A DNA stretch of 64,000 nt from Octopus sinensis (Eukaryota): the NCBI RefSeq assembly GCF_006345805.1, contig NC_043009.1, positions 5,456,001-5,520,000 of the forward strand, in the 5' to 3' direction. The translations under genes were made by a program, and so were the position numbers. Positions 25,368 through 41,328 of the stretch are shown here, piece after piece (within the stretch, counting starts at the first letter, position 1; each line of letters begins with the position of its first letter). A model generated the notes under the pieces. That model had not been told where the DNA came from and did not search any database. It was given only the letters and a program-made list of their open reading frames with translations.

Positions 25368-26810
25368 AAAACTTTATGGTAAAGATGAAGCCCAAATCAG
25401 TTCCCTCGTTGAGACGGTGTGTACCTTCAGTGCTGATATCAGAATGAAGTTCAGATTGGGAAAGTGTGATGTGTTAGTCTTGAAAAGAGGCAAAATCAAA
25501 TGTATGGATGGGCTAACGATACCGTCAGGGGAGAGAGTGAAGCAGATAGAAGAGAGTTGGGGACATTGGAAATGGATAAATTGATGAAGAAAAAATGACA
25601 GAAAAATGGTGGAGTACTTGCGCAGACTGAGGTTCATACATAATTCGAAATTAAACGGATGGAATAATATCGAAGCTATCAACGCCTGGACGGTTTCACT
25701 CCTTAGATATGGGTAATCGAGTGGACAGTAGACGAACAGCTTAGACCGAAAGACAAGGCAGTTGCTAAGTAGATATGGGTCACTCCACTCAAAAAGTGAC
25801 ACAGAGAGACTGTATGTACCAAGGAAAAGAGGGAGAAGGGACTTATTGGATGCGAACATAGTATTAGATCAGAAGAAAACAACATAGCATGGTGTGTAAA
25901 AAATGCCACAGAACCGCTATTTTTAGAAGTAAGAAGGTCAAGCTTGTGTAGGATGAAAGATTGCAAAGATAAAGAACTATACAGGAAATTGAAAACGAAT
26001 TCAAACTTAAAATAAGTGGGTAAAGAAAAGAATGCATGGTGAAATGTTAAAGATAAGACAGAAAGAGAAAAAGATGACTGTGGATGACTGAAATTGATTT
26101 AAAACCGGAAACGAAGGCTCTAATCTGTGCGGCCCAAGAGCAAGCACTAAGAACCAGCAACATAAAATACAGAATAGACAATACAGCAGAAAGTGATAAG
26201 TGCAGAATCTGTAGAAAAAAATGTACGCCTCTAGCTCAGAAGGAATATAAGAGACGCCACGACAATACAGCCAGGCTTGTCCATTGGACACTCTTCAAAA
26301 AGTATGGACTTGACAGAGCAAAAAATCGGTATGATCACAAATCTCAAAGCATCGTCGAAAATAGAAATGAAAAGATCCTCTGGGATTTTATGATTCAGTG
26401 CGATCTTGAGATAAAGAATAGGAAGCCAGGTATAGCCTTGAGAAAGAAAACGAAATATGCTGGATCATAGATATAGCATGCCCAACTGACAGGGTATGCG
26501 ATAAGGAAGAAAGGAAAGTTGAGGGATATGATAGGTTAGCTTGGGAAGTTAAGTAGTTGTGGTCGATGAAAAAGGTATGAGTAGTACCAATAATTGTCGG
26601 AGCCCTGGAAACAGAGAACAAAAATCTCGAGAAATACGTGGAACAAATAGGGGCTGCAATAAGGGTCGAGCACTTGCAGAAAACAGCACTGCTTCGAGTC
26701 GCTAGAATACTCCGTAAGATGTTCGAAAGGTAAGATGTGTTACATAAGTTCACTGGCAGTGAACAGCTGACTCTGTACTACATCTCGAGCGTTAGAAGCT
26801 GTGCAAAGGC
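25368..26810 (+). mobile_element. 5'-truncated R4/Dong-type LINE (RT C-terminal part, Zn knuckle, RLE), (AAT)n tail
   Basis: KLYGKDEAQISSL..FSADIRMKF.L.KC; ICAAQEQAL..CRIC..LAQKEYKRRHD; LWDFMIQCD..IDIACP; PIIVGALG. Many stops and frameshifts; flanked by (TAA)n. Confidence 0.9.
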
Positions 26811-26867
26811 AATAATAATAATAATAATAATAATATAATAATAATAACAACAACAAACAACAACAAC

Positions 26868-26971
<104 letters not shown>

Positions 26972-27182
26972 TTTCAAATTCTGTCACAACGGCAGCAATT
27001 TTGGTGGAGTAGAGGGGTCAGTTACATTAGTCCCAGTTTTCAACTGATACTTAATTTATGAATCCGAGAAAGAATGAAAAGCGAAGTCGAACTTGGTGGA
27101 ATTTGAACGCAGAACACATCGACGGACGAAATGCTGCTAAGAATTTCGACCATCGAGCTAACGATTCGGCCAGTTCGCCAAC
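26972..27182 (-). mobile_element. SINE family M
   Basis: Reverse-strand homology to 17096-17326. Confidence 0.7.
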
Positions 27183-27187
27183 TTCAA

Positions 27188-27238
<51 letters not shown>

Positions 27239-27267
27239 CACTACTACTACTTCTTCTTCTTCTTCTT

Positions 27268-27360
<93 letters not shown>

Positions 27361-27944
27361 ATAATAAAAAAAAAAATAATAATAATAATAATAATAATAA
27401 TTAGTGTAATATCAATAATATAAGGTCGCTGAGATGGATTCCATAAGTATATGAAACCACACTTTATGTAAGAAAAGAAAACCCAATCTATTTGTATTTA
27501 GAAGTAGTCTGCTGCTTAGTGAAAATGCTTGAATCCTTTCGTATTTCAGTAACCATGGCGATGTAGATGAATTCAAATACTTAATGTGTCAATTCATATA
27601 ATTTCTAAATTGTACGTTTTAAGAATTTCTCATAAGTTGTCGTACATTTATCAAACTGTCTGCTATATTGTACAAGTGAAAAAGAAAGCTCACATATTAA
27701 GAATAAGCGCAGACAACTTAATTACATCAGAGCGTATAAAGCGATCAAGACTTGCCTTTATCGAGCAGCCAGCAAATGGTTAGATATTTGACTAAACTAT
27801 CAGATGTTTTATACACCGGACTCTATGTTCAGTATTACCTTTAGGTTTTGAGACAGCAGTATGTGACTTGAGGGATATGTGCTTTATATTTCACACAGGG
27901 AATTCAAAAATGTGTAGCTTTTCCGGGAGGTTTATGAGGTATTT

Positions 27945-28216
27945 TTATGCGCCCTTTACAAGCCTAGCCAGGCTAATGGGCCCGTTTTCCCGGTTTCTGT
28001 GGCGTATGTGTTCCTCCCAGCTGGACAGGACGCCAGTCCATCGCAGCGTTACTCAAGAAACAGGAAGAAAGAGTGAGAGAAAGTTGGGGTGAAAGAGTAC
28101 AACAGGGGTCGCCACCACCCCCTGCCGGAGCCTCGTGGAGCTTTAGGTCTGGGAATCGACACCGCGATCCTCTGACCGCGAGTCCGCTGCCCTAACCACT
28201 AGGCCATTTCGCCTCC
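27945..28216 (-). mobile_element. tRNA-derived SINE, head A + tail Z (internal deletion)
   Basis: Reverse strand GGAGGCGAAATGGCCTAGTGGTTAGGGCAGCGGACTCGCGGTC...GAGTAACGCTGCGATGGACTGGCGTCC. Confidence 0.85.
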
Positions 28217-29193
28217 ACTTAAGAGGTATGCGATAAAATATCTACTTTGCTTCAATTTGAAATTTTGCTCTCGGTGCTCAAATGATTTCTGAGTCAAAAG
28301 ATATTTTGCGCATTATTGTTATTAAGCGAGGGTCAAACATGATAAAGCTGATTTATTAGATAAAGTCGTTTTAGATGTGACGGACTGTATGTATTCTGTG
28401 CTGCAATTTGGTGAGTGTTTGCTCGTATTTCTAACAGTTTGGATGACTATTTATCGCGTCAGAAGTTGTCTCATGTTATTGTGATAACAGAGAACAATAG
28501 CTTTCAGCAATCTACATACCCACACACATGTATATTTGTAGCAATCTATTCATCTGCCTATGCATGTAATATACTTACATGCACACAAGCACCATTACAC
28601 AGATACAGACAGGCACACACACACGTATACAAACATACACAAACGCACACATGTTTATATTTTGGTCGATAGCTGTGTCAAGCAGTGTTGATGGAAAACA
28701 ACTTCGATTACATCAGCTATTGAAATGTTATACATAACAACATTTTGAGACGATCTCACTCGACCAAATATGGCTACTTGTCACTACAAATTAGGACTCG
28801 CCAAAGCAAACGAATAACAAAAGTATTTAGAGTTTCCTAGGTAGTTTCAGATATCTTAGTTAGAAATTCAATTAAATATTCTCGGCAGTTTCAGGCTGCG
28901 ACTGTGAGAGTTGTGTGCCTGATGCAGCGCACATTTTATTTATATTATTTGTTCTTTCTTCAGTCTGTAAATTTTCAGCGAATGTACAAATCATTCGATT
29001 TAGGGGAAAATGGACATTTGTCTCGCAGGCTGAATCGGTGTGTTCTTGTATAGGAAAAAAAAAGTTTTTAAATAAGAAATAAAAGTTGCGTAACCTTCAA
29101 CGACCAGTGTATGTAACATCAAGAAATGCCTTAAAGTAATTTCGGAATACTAACATATTATTCTGCTGCAGTAACTTGTGGGATATCACAATG

Positions 29194-29230
<37 letters not shown>

Positions 29231-29259
29231 AACTGCTACTGCTGCTGCTGCTGCTGCTG

Positions 29260-29292
<33 letters not shown>

Positions 29293-29294
29293 TG

Positions 29295-29590
29295 CATGGC
29301 ACAGTGGTTAGAGCGTCGAGCTTATGGTCGTGAGTTTGTGAGCTCGAATTCTGTACCGAGCTGCGTGTTGTGTTCGTGAGCAAGACACTTTATTTCACGT
29401 TGCTCCTGTTCACTCAGCTGTAGAAATGAGTTGCGACGTCACAGGTGCCAAGCTGTATCGGCCCCTTTGCCTTTCCCTTGGATAACACACTGGGGGCGTC
29501 GAGAGGGGAGGCCGGTAAGCCTAGGCAACTTTGCCCGGATTTTCTAGATGCAATACCATGGTCAGTGTCGTGACCGAAGGGGGTCTCAGA
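29295..29590 (+). mobile_element. tRNA-derived SINE, head B + tail X
   Basis: CATGGCACAGTGGTTAG..GTTGTGTTCGTGAGCAAGACACTT head; TGAGTTGCGACGTCACAGGTGCCAAGCTGTATCGGCCCC tail shared with 7519. Confidence 0.8.
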
Positions 29591-29645
29591 CAGACTACTA
29601 CTACTACTACCACCACCACCACCACCACCACCACCACCACTACTA

Positions 29646-29690
<45 letters not shown>

Positions 29691-30484
29691 TTTTTATTGT
29701 AGCTGTGATTATTATTTTAATTGGAAGTCGTATTAGTGGTAGTAGTTGGTGTGGTGTAAACAAGAGCAAAAGCGACAGCAATCAACCAAACACCATCAAG
29801 AAACACAACATCAGCAAATTTGCTATCGACAGTCTCAGTAATATTCGGCAAACCAAAGCCATTGTTGACGAAGAGAAGCTTAGTAGACAAGACATGGAGT
29901 CTATTCAGAATGTTTAATGTGAGTGAAGTGTTTTAAGAACTTCGAACTGAAAATTCTTGAGAAAACTCTTTGATCGTTCCCTAGAAACTTAATTCTAAAT
30001 CCGGATTAGAAATACTGAAACAAAGTAGTTTTTTTTTTCCAATTTTTCTTGAGCCAATATGTTCCAAATATGAGCGGCTTGTGTACATCCACAGACTGAT
30101 ACGTGTAAATAAGAAAACTTACTCAACAACTGTAGGTCACTAAAACAGCACATTTTTGATATCAAACTCTGAATTGCTTTGACGTGTATTCAGCTAATCG
30201 CGATCCGGATCGAGTGATTGTGCGGTAGATCTGTACCAAAAATTTAGACATTGAAGTATTTGAAAAAAATCCTATCTAAAGCTGGAAACTAGGTCAGTGG
30301 TCTGAAATGTGAGATTCACAGTTGTTAAAGCTTAGAGAAGGCGAATTCATCAATAATTTCATTATTCACGACTTTGTCGAACTTAAAAATACTACCGGCC
30401 AGAAATTATTATTATTATTATTATTATTATATTATTATTATTATTATTATATTATTATTATTATTATTATTATTATTTTATTGA

Positions 30485-31035
30485 GTGAGAGAGTAGTGCA
30501 TGCCATCAAAGTGAAACTGGGGTAAAATATACGAAGCCCAGTATACCCATCATGACTACCCGTCTGATAAGGGTACACCAGGCACTTGCATCACAATCCG
30601 GGACACGGTGATCTCTTATCAAGATAAACAACGCATGACATTGCAGGTAGGGCCCAGTTAGAATTTTCTTCTGGTCGATTAGCCCATCCTACTCAAAAGG
30701 TCTCTGAATAAGGTTAGTTTAACGATGTTGAACGAAACACTCACGTTTCCAAAGGTGAATTATCCAAACCTCCAAGAATTCCTTTCAACACACAGCAATG
30801 ATGCTTCCCCCACTACTTCTATTCATGGCCAGAGATGCACATATCGTCAGCAAATAAGGGACATGCTCAACATGTTACGGTCAAACAACTGAGAAGCAAA
30901 TCTGTGGTATTGAGCAGAATATTTGCTGTAGTCCATCTTTTATACCAAGACAAAACAATGTACATGATAACACTTCCAATCAGTTAAGATGAGAAGCCAT
31001 GAGAGCCACTGTCTTGTACTGCATCGGGGCATTTA
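30485..31035 (-). mobile_element. Unclassified ~550-bp non-coding insert within (TTA)n, probable non-autonomous retroposon
   Basis: A higher-GC block flanked by (TTA)n on both sides. It is single-copy in this window, so repeat status is inferred. Confidence 0.4.
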
Positions 31036-31083
31036 TTATTGTTGTTACTTTTATTGTTATTAATATTATTATTATTATTATAT

Positions 31084-31143
<60 letters not shown>

Positions 31144-32425
31144 TTATTATACCTTCACTCTGTGCATAAGGAATTTTGTTCCTGGTTTTATACTTTCTAT
31201 TGTTTTAACAATATTCTACGTAGTAATATCAGTGTAATAATTACTAATACTATTTTTAGTGTGCTGTACATATTTGCCAATCCTGGACTTTTACTTGTGT
31301 ATTCGTCAGCATATTTTTTTAAAAATATTATTCCCAAGACACCTATTAATATAAGTATTGTTTCTGATTTCATTTTCCACATTTTAGTAATCTTAATTTC
31401 TATATATCCGTATCTGGCTCACTTCTTCATTTCTTTTAAGAATAGGTTATCGCCCCTTGGGACCTATATATTCAATTGAATGACATAATTAAGACTCACT
31501 CCAACTGTTCATTCATCGTTTTACAACTGAAATATCTCACTACATTTTATAATTAATTCCTATCTTAAATTTCACACTTTACATCCATCTATTACACAAA
31601 TTTCCCATATCAGTATTTCATACAACTGCCTTTCTCCATTTTTATTTTTTGGCTTCCACGACACTCTTCTTCTTTCTTGTATACTATCGCTATTGTTTCT
31701 CTTATAAGTATTTGACTTATAATATTTCATTCCTAAAATCATAATATATATTACATTACAGATATATTCGATAGTTCTTTCTTGTCAACTTTGCTTATTT
31801 TCTCCAACTTACAATCAAATACAACTTAATTCACATTCTTAAAACTTCATTCTGAACTTGTATGTATCCATCTTTCTCTCCCCACTCTCCCCGCTCTCTC
31901 TCTTTTTTTCTCTCTCTCTCGCTTTCACTTACTCACTCACACACTATCTCTGCCTTTCTCTCTAACTCTCTCTCTTTCTCCTCATGCAGAGCAACGATAT
32001 GTGGAATGAAGAGAAGATATCCATACTTCTCCGTATCCATACCCAGTCATCTTGACCTGGTCATGCCACGGCATAAACTATAGAGGTTGGTCATATTACA
32101 ATGAAAATTTACCCCCCCCCCCACACACACACACTCACACGACTTAGATGTTGGAGGTTTATTCGGTAGGTTCAAAAGGATGAGGTTTTTGTTTGAAACG
32201 TCTAGTGGAAAGAATTGAAGGGGAAAGAATTGAAGTTTCAAGCTAATTGAAGTTAAAGCAAGCAGGTACAAAATAAGCAAAAACCAAAATTACAAACATC
32301 TGAACACCTGCAGCTTAACTATCTATCAATTTGTCGGGTTCTTCAAGCCCACAAATACAAATACGGTCAACCACACATATGCACACACACATTTATATAT
32401 AAATATGTATGTATGAATGTATGTA

Positions 32426-32479
<54 letters not shown>

Positions 32480-32510
32480 TATATATGTATATATATATAT
32501 ATTATATATA

Positions 32511-32558
<48 letters not shown>

Positions 32559-32595
32559 TATCTGTGTGTGTTTATGTATATATGTATATATACAC

Positions 32596-32770
32596 AGGGT
32601 GTGGTGAATAAAATGTCTAAATTACGCAAAAATCAAAATAACACTAACATCTCATTTTAACAGATTACATAAAAATATCTTGAAATACAAAAGAGTAAAT
32701 TTCTTCAATAAAATCGCCTTTTGCTTCGATTACAGCCTTGAGACGACTTCAGAGTCTCCTGCAAGTCTTC
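32596..32770 (-). mobile_element. maT-type transposon 3' end fragment
   Basis: CAGGGTG terminus; reverse translation SRLKAVIEAKGDFIE, homologous to 13340-13479. Confidence 0.7.
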
Positions 32771-33763
32771 TTTGTTTATACATATATATGTATGTATACA
32801 TATTGTTGTCTGTGAGTGTGTGTATATGTTTATGTATGTACATACTCATATATATATGTATATGAATATGATTATATATATATACTCACACACACACACA
32901 TATATGCATATATGTAGGTATACACATATACATATTTGTGTCTAGAAGCACATGCACATCTATAGTTCTACATAGACATGCAACGTTATATATAATTAGT
33001 TGGATGATAACGATCATTAAGGTTTTATATATACTGACCAAAGACGTAAATAAAGTCGAACAATTTAATGTAAAAAAAAGTATAAACAGTTACAAGTATC
33101 GGATAAGAAAGATCAGTGATAAAATGTTCAAGCGGATAGAATTTAAGGAGATAAATAAAAACATGGTTTAAGGGATTATTGTGCACTAAAAAAGAAAAGA
33201 ACAGAGAAATTCCAGAAATGTGTTGATCTGTTTGCTTCAATGTGAAAATTCTCCATCAAACTGTATCTGTTTGCTTAAGTGAGTATGTGTATGCGTCCTT
33301 AATATAAAAAGATACGGTAAGAAAATAGTAATATCTGTCGAGAGAGTGACGGGTACAAATCCAGTTTGAGAGCTTGTGAATCTCTGCAGGCAAACAGGAT
33401 CTTCCGCAATTTAAAGTTGCTTCGTAGTTGAAAGAGCCTCCGGGTTTCCATTAGAATACGTTACATCCACAAGTTTATTTCAATTGCGATTAATGAACGA
33501 TGACCAACGAGCTGTCGAGACAAAAATAAATAAATAAATAAATAAAAATACAGTCAGTCACTAGCTTAATGCTGGATTATGGCTTTGAGCTTCTCATACT
33601 AACCAAACTCACAGTTGAAATCATGACGTCATCTCACAAACTCTGGCAAGCTAGTGAGGAAAAGAAAAGCCTGACATTTTAGAAATAAAGAACTCACTAC
33701 ACACACAAACACACACACACACACACACACATAATACACACACACATTTATATTTATATATAT

Positions 33764-34386
33764 ATTTCTTTATGGCCCACAGGGGGCTAAAGATAGAAGT
33801 GACAAACAAGAACAGGCAAACAGATTAAGTCAATCACATCGACCCAGTGCGCAAATTGTACTTAATTTATTGACCCCGAAAGGATGAAAGGCAAAATGGA
33901 TCTCGGCGGAATTTGAACTCAGAACGTAACGGCAGACGAAATACCGCTAAGCATTATCGCCTGACATGCTAACGTTTTTAATTTCTTTATTGCCCACAAG
34001 GGGATAAACATAGAGGGGACAAATGGACTAAGTCGATTACATCGACTCCAGTGCGTAACTGGTACTTATTTAATCGACCCCGAAAGGATGAAAGGCAAAA
34101 TCGCCCTCGGCATAATTTGAACTCAGAACGTATAGGCAGACGAAATACCTACTTCTATTTCTTTACTACCCACAAGTGCCTAAATTCAGAGGGGATAAAC
34201 AAGGACAGACAAATGGATTAAGTCGATTACAACGACCCCAGTGCGTAACTGGTACTTATTTTATCGACCGTGAAAGGATGAAATGCAAAGTCGACCTCGG
34301 CGGAATTTGAACTCAGAACGTAACAGCAGACAAAATACCGCCAAGCATTTCGCCCGGCGTGTTAACGATTCTGCCAGCTCGCGGCC
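33764..34386 (-). mobile_element. Head-to-tail trimer of diverged SINE family M copies
   Basis: Three copies at about 33764-33976, 33981-34149 and 34157-34386. Confidence 0.9.
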
Positions 34387-35404
34387 TTATTTATATATAT
34401 ATATATTTATTTATATATATGCTCACACACATGCGCAGATAGACAGGCACACACACATACACACAAACACGCACATACCCTTACATATATATATTCAGTA
34501 AGATAACAGGGTAATGCAGTTTGTAGGATAGGTTGGAAGGAAGATGAGAATAAATGAAATAGAATTGAATGAAATAAAATTAAACGGGATAAGAAACAAT
34601 GAAGTGGGGAAATGAAAGAAAGTAAAACAACGTGAAACAATATATGCTATAATAACGTGAGTGGAGCACAAGAAAGTTCAACTAATTTCCTGCAGTAGGT
34701 TGGCGGATATTTTTTTCTTTTTTGTTTTCAAAGATTAGAGACATAAAATCTTTATAGGCTCATGGGTTTCAAAGGTTAAAATGATTTAATTTTTCTTTTT
34801 AAGTTTTGAAAGTTTAAGGATCTATAAAAGGTTTGTGGAAATAGCAGTAGGTATAAATATTGATAGGTGGGTAGATTGATCGGCGGGCAGATAAATGGCT
34901 TAACAGCTAGTTAGACCGACAGATACACCATTAGATATTTATGTGTATGTGTGCGCTCGTGTGGTGTGGAGCTATATATATATATATATATTTATATATA
35001 CTTTTGTCTCGCTGCGCTGGACGGTACGCCGCATTATACCAAGAAAATGTCGATGACAACTTTCTCCCAATCTGTTACAGGACAAGGCGACTGGGTTCCA
35101 CAGTGTCTTGAATAACTGGGAGCAAAACATCCACTTCGACATAGAATATCCTACCGCAAATGTACTGTATTGTGTTTCTTATTGATCAATTTGATGAGGT
35201 TGTATCTGATAATGAAGCCACGGGACCTCTGTGTTGTGATGGAGAATCGTAGGAAACCAAATGATTGCGTTGTTATGTTATGAAATCTACATCAGTTAAG
35301 GACCTGCCAATATGGTCTTTCAAGTATGTCAAATTGGTTACAATAGTCTCTAAGGAGGAGATACGTAGCCCGACAGAGACCGGTGAGGATAATGTGCTGG
35401 TTTA

Positions 35405-36300
35405 TGGTAGGCAACATTCTTAGAATTATGTAGGAGATATATACGAGCGTAGATGGTCTATCGGGAATTTCTTGGCGACATTCGTCCAGAAACTGTTTGA
35501 ATATTACGAAATCTTTTTTATTTTCTTATGTGTCTTAGAACATAAGTGTCAGTTAAGATGAAATATATATGTCTTAATGTTGTTGTGTTTAAATAGATCA
35601 GTCTTAGTGTGGTGGAGTGATGGCAGTATGATTTTCGTGGAGGACGAATGCCGCGGGGATCAAGACGTGTGAATTTTAAAGTTGATGCCAACCCCACTTG
35701 GGCGACGGTGTCAGAATATTTTGTACATCAAAAAATGTTATGGCGCTCGCAGCGGCGTTGGAACGAATAACGTTTGAACGTCTCCAGATGATCCCAATAA
35801 TCAAAATGTCATGTTGTCTATTTTTCTTGTAATCGATCCCTAGGTGCTCGAATTTTAATAATATTTTGTTTTATAAAGAGAGACGACCGCCGACAACGGT
35901 ATTCAAAATGAAGATGGGGGAAGGTGGAAAAGAGATGAATAATGGTAGAAGCAACTCTAGACCGAAAAGTCCTGAGGATTCAGGAAAACCCACTTCGAGT
36001 CATGTGCACTTTGTTGCTAATATGACAACTCTAGCTTAAGGTGTTGTCGATGGTTATTCCGACGGCCCTAGCAGTGTTTGATGCTGCGAGGTTTTCGCTC
36101 GTGGGAAGCCTATATGATAACTTAAGTGCAGCCTCTTCATCGAAGTGGATTAATACAAATATATTCTCTTCTATCTGCATATTGTGTTCTTCCTCCCACC
36201 AGATAATGGCAGTCAGATCCGATTGGAGATTAGATATGTCTCCTGCCCTAACGGTGATCTTCAGAAGCTTAGAGATATTTCGGAAAATTTTAATGGGACT
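35405..36300 (-). mobile_element. CR1/L2-clade LINE 3' fragment (RT C-terminus)
   Basis: Minus-strand translation SKLLKI..GDISNLQSDL..W; GITIDNTLS*SCHI; *ILRTFRSR; YSFQRR; FKQFLD..IPDRP. Confidence 0.8.
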
Positions 36301-36368
36301 GTATCTGTCTGTCTGTCTGCATATTACTCTCTTTCTCTAAATATATATATATATATATATATATGCGC

Positions 36369-36405
<37 letters not shown>

Positions 36406-36480
36406 CACATATAAATACGTGTATATATATATATATACACATATAAATACGTGTATATATATATATGATAGATCGTTAGC

Positions 36481-36660
36481 CACGACACACATTTTTTTCT
36501 TTCCTTGTTTCTCTCCTTGTTTTTTTCTGTGTCCCTTTGTGTATAAGAGCGTAGGCTCGAAACGTAAAAGACTTTTTCTATTCTTGAGCGTTATACTAAT
36601 ACATATGTTTGTTTTGTACACCACATGTCTTCGTCTCTTGTTTTCTTCGTAAACTCTCCC
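36481..36660 (+). mobile_element. F3 element with decayed HHR motif (36535-36570), ends at (TA)n
   Basis: cttt-GTGTATA-A-GAGC-GTAG-GCTC-GAAACGT-A-aaag. Stem II and III are intact; the CUGANGA core is mutated. Confidence 0.6.
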
Positions 36661-37731
36661 TATATATATACATACACATATATATGTATATATATACACA
36701 CTCACACATACACACACGCGCATATATATATATTTATATATATATTCACGATATATACGTGTGTGGAGTCGTATGGGCAACGAGAGTGAAACAATGAAGA
36801 CAGCAAAAGAATGATATAAAAGATATTTAACCGATTTTTACTTAAATTATATCATACGTTGGAAATATCTGAATTCCCTTGATTCGTTTTCTGTTTACAG
36901 TAACACTAAATTCAAACAAATATTTGTCTTCTCTGCATTACATAATTTATTCCACCGAGATTTGAAAGAATAATCCATTATAATTAAATTTTCCTTTGAT
37001 AAGATTTGATGTCTTTTTTATCTGAATGCAGTAATTACATATTTGTCATGTTTAACTTCTTAGTAGTTTCTGTTTAAATTTGATATTTAGTGCCATGTTT
37101 TATGCATTATATTGATGAAATTTGTTTTTGTCTACAGCGTGGCTCCATTTACAATTCTGTTCTGCAATGTTTCACATTCTGTAATAGTGTATTGTTTTAT
37201 AAATATAAGGCTACCAAAATATCCTTGAGTAAGCAGTAAAACTGAAAATGTTCGAAATGAGGACAAAGCTTTATGCACGATATTTCGTAGCATATTTAAC
37301 TTTCCATGTGAAAACTACCGGAAGTGCCACTGAATGATATCGAATTCAGTTGGAACAGTTTAATGTTCAAATTTCTTTCATATTCTTGAAAGAGGGAGGC
37401 TGACATTTTGAATGTAAAATTGTTGAAACTTCGCACAAGATGTATGTCGTGCCCCCGAAATTAGATTTGAGAACATTGTGATCCGTTTGCTAAAAAAGCA
37501 CATATACATTTTAATGTATTGAAAAATAGTAAAGCGATATATAATTGTGATTTCAATCGATAAAGTACCACAATCTCTGATTAAATATGCTGTGTATCGG
37601 CTTTGCTTTGCCGTTACTCTTTCACTGCAAAATTTCCTTCAGTCAATCGTTCTTTGAAAGGAATCGAAATATCTGGATCTGAGTTCCTGTGTATTATATC
37701 ACGCAGCTATTGATACTGAATTCAAAATTAA

Positions 37732-37767
<36 letters not shown>

Positions 37768-39697
37768 GTTTGTGTGTGAGGGGTGATTGTATGTGTGTGT
37801 AATTGTGTGTGTGTATGTGATTGTGTGTGCATGTATTTTTGTGTGCGCGTGAGTGTAGGTGTGAGGGTGTATGTATAAAATCCAGTATGCAAAATGATTC
37901 AAAGAAGTGTTTAGATTTCATATCCATTTCGAATTGATTTATTAAAAAAAATTATCTTCCATTCTCTGTATCCAAATGAATATTAACTAAAACAAGACTA
38001 ATTATATTTGAAATAAAGTACCCAATGTTCTGTTCATTCGAAAATATCTTAGCGATGACAAGTATTTACTGAATATCAGGTCTCTGTAAAAAAATGCCTA
38101 TTTTTATGCTTCACGTGTTAGCTTTTAATAATATTTTATTTGCTTTATCATATACAGTATTGAGTAGATCAATTCTTTCTGATATAAAGTCATCAGAATT
38201 ATATTCTAAACCATATAAAAGCTCCTTTTAACATAGTCACAGCGAACATAACATCTACTGGTACACAGTTTTCCAATGGGTATTATGTAGAGATCCTTGT
38301 AAACGTGTAAGTACATTAATGGGCTTGGCAATTTACAAATATCAGAAGCCAAAACATGTACACCTATAGCTGTAAGTCATTTGTATATATATTTTTATGT
38401 CAGGTTGGTGGTAATCTTCGAAAGCTATTAATAGAAACGATAAAGATAATAATAATATAAATTTCTTTGAGTGTGAATAATGTAGATAGTAATGCAACTA
38501 TCAGACGAGTCCTTCTATAGAGTTAGACAATAAATAAGTACTGGTAATGCAAAGCACTCGATTCCATTGACTATGGTCTAACATAAAAGTTTGAAAGAGT
38601 GTGCAACGTATGCTTCACAGGTCAACATTTAAAAAAAAATGCTCCATTTATTGATTGGTGCAGTATTCAATTGATAGCAATATTCTACATTTTTGTAAAA
38701 TAATGCCTGTTTCATTGATTGAGCAGGGATAATATCGTATATGGCGGCTTTAATAATGGACAACAGCCGCCCTGTGAACCATTGGAGTATGGTACTACTT
38801 GCTACAGCTCATATGGCGTGTAGTGAATTTCATTCCGTCTGGACATCTAACATTCCAACAGAAAATTTCCAGAGGAATGGTCTCGATTGTTTGATGCATA
38901 AAATATGCGCTTATTGGTGTAAATAAGTATGTATGCATGTGCATGCGTTCAATGGTGTACGCCTTTGTTGCGCAGGTATGAGGCTATGAGTGTCTTAGCG
39001 AGTTAAACTGAAGGTAAGTGTGTGTGGATGTGTATGAGTATATATACACACATATATATATATAGTAATAACGAAGATAACTTGTGTATCGAAATTTTTA
39101 GACTCTATTAATGTATTGCCACATACGTTTCTTCATCCCACATATTCATTTGTGAAGACACTTTCCCACCCATTGAATGTCATAATATATTATTTATAAT
39201 ATTGAGCATACTTCTATTCAACAGGAAGTAGCCGACGAGAAGTATTGGAGCTTTTAGTAGCACATTCAGAGGCGTTTACCCTGAACGAGTTACAAGTATA
39301 TGTGTGTGTATGTGTTTGTGTATGTGTATTTTGCGTGCGTAAGTGTGTACGAGTGTATTTACATACAGTTGAATAAATTAATACATAAATATGTGTGAAT
39401 ATAACTACATATGAACTAGTCGTTAGTGGGTTACTTTTAAAATCATAAAGTCTAGGATTCGAACACTGCATCAGCTATGTCCTCGTGTAAGTCTATTCAC
39501 GCCCTGTGGCTGCTTAGCTACCATGTGACCCAGCTGATTACTGGTGCAACTGTGGCATCCTGAATATTCCAGTGGGTCACGTGTGGCAGGGTGTAGACTT
39601 TGGTGATATTTGCTCACGATTGTATAGGAACTTCAAACATGGAAAACGCTACCAGATTCATACTTCCGATTAGCAAAATATGTGTGTGTGTGCGTAT

Positions 39698-39740
<43 letters not shown>

Positions 39741-39746
39741 TGTGTG

Positions 39747-39780
<34 letters not shown>

Positions 39781-39794
39781 GGGGGTATATGTAT

Positions 39795-41328
<1,534 letters not shown>

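Noticed and set aside
30960-31035. HDV-like ribozyme at the presumed 5' end of the 30.5-31 kb insert
   Set aside because: I could not find P1/P3/P1.1 pairings.
38158-38930. Candidate host exons (AG...GTAAGT; GYYVEI resembling an aspartic protease; a Cys-containing stretch near 38730)
   Set aside because: There is an in-frame TAA at about 38229 and stops in the neighbouring segments. No DTG motif or coherent multi-exon frame is present.
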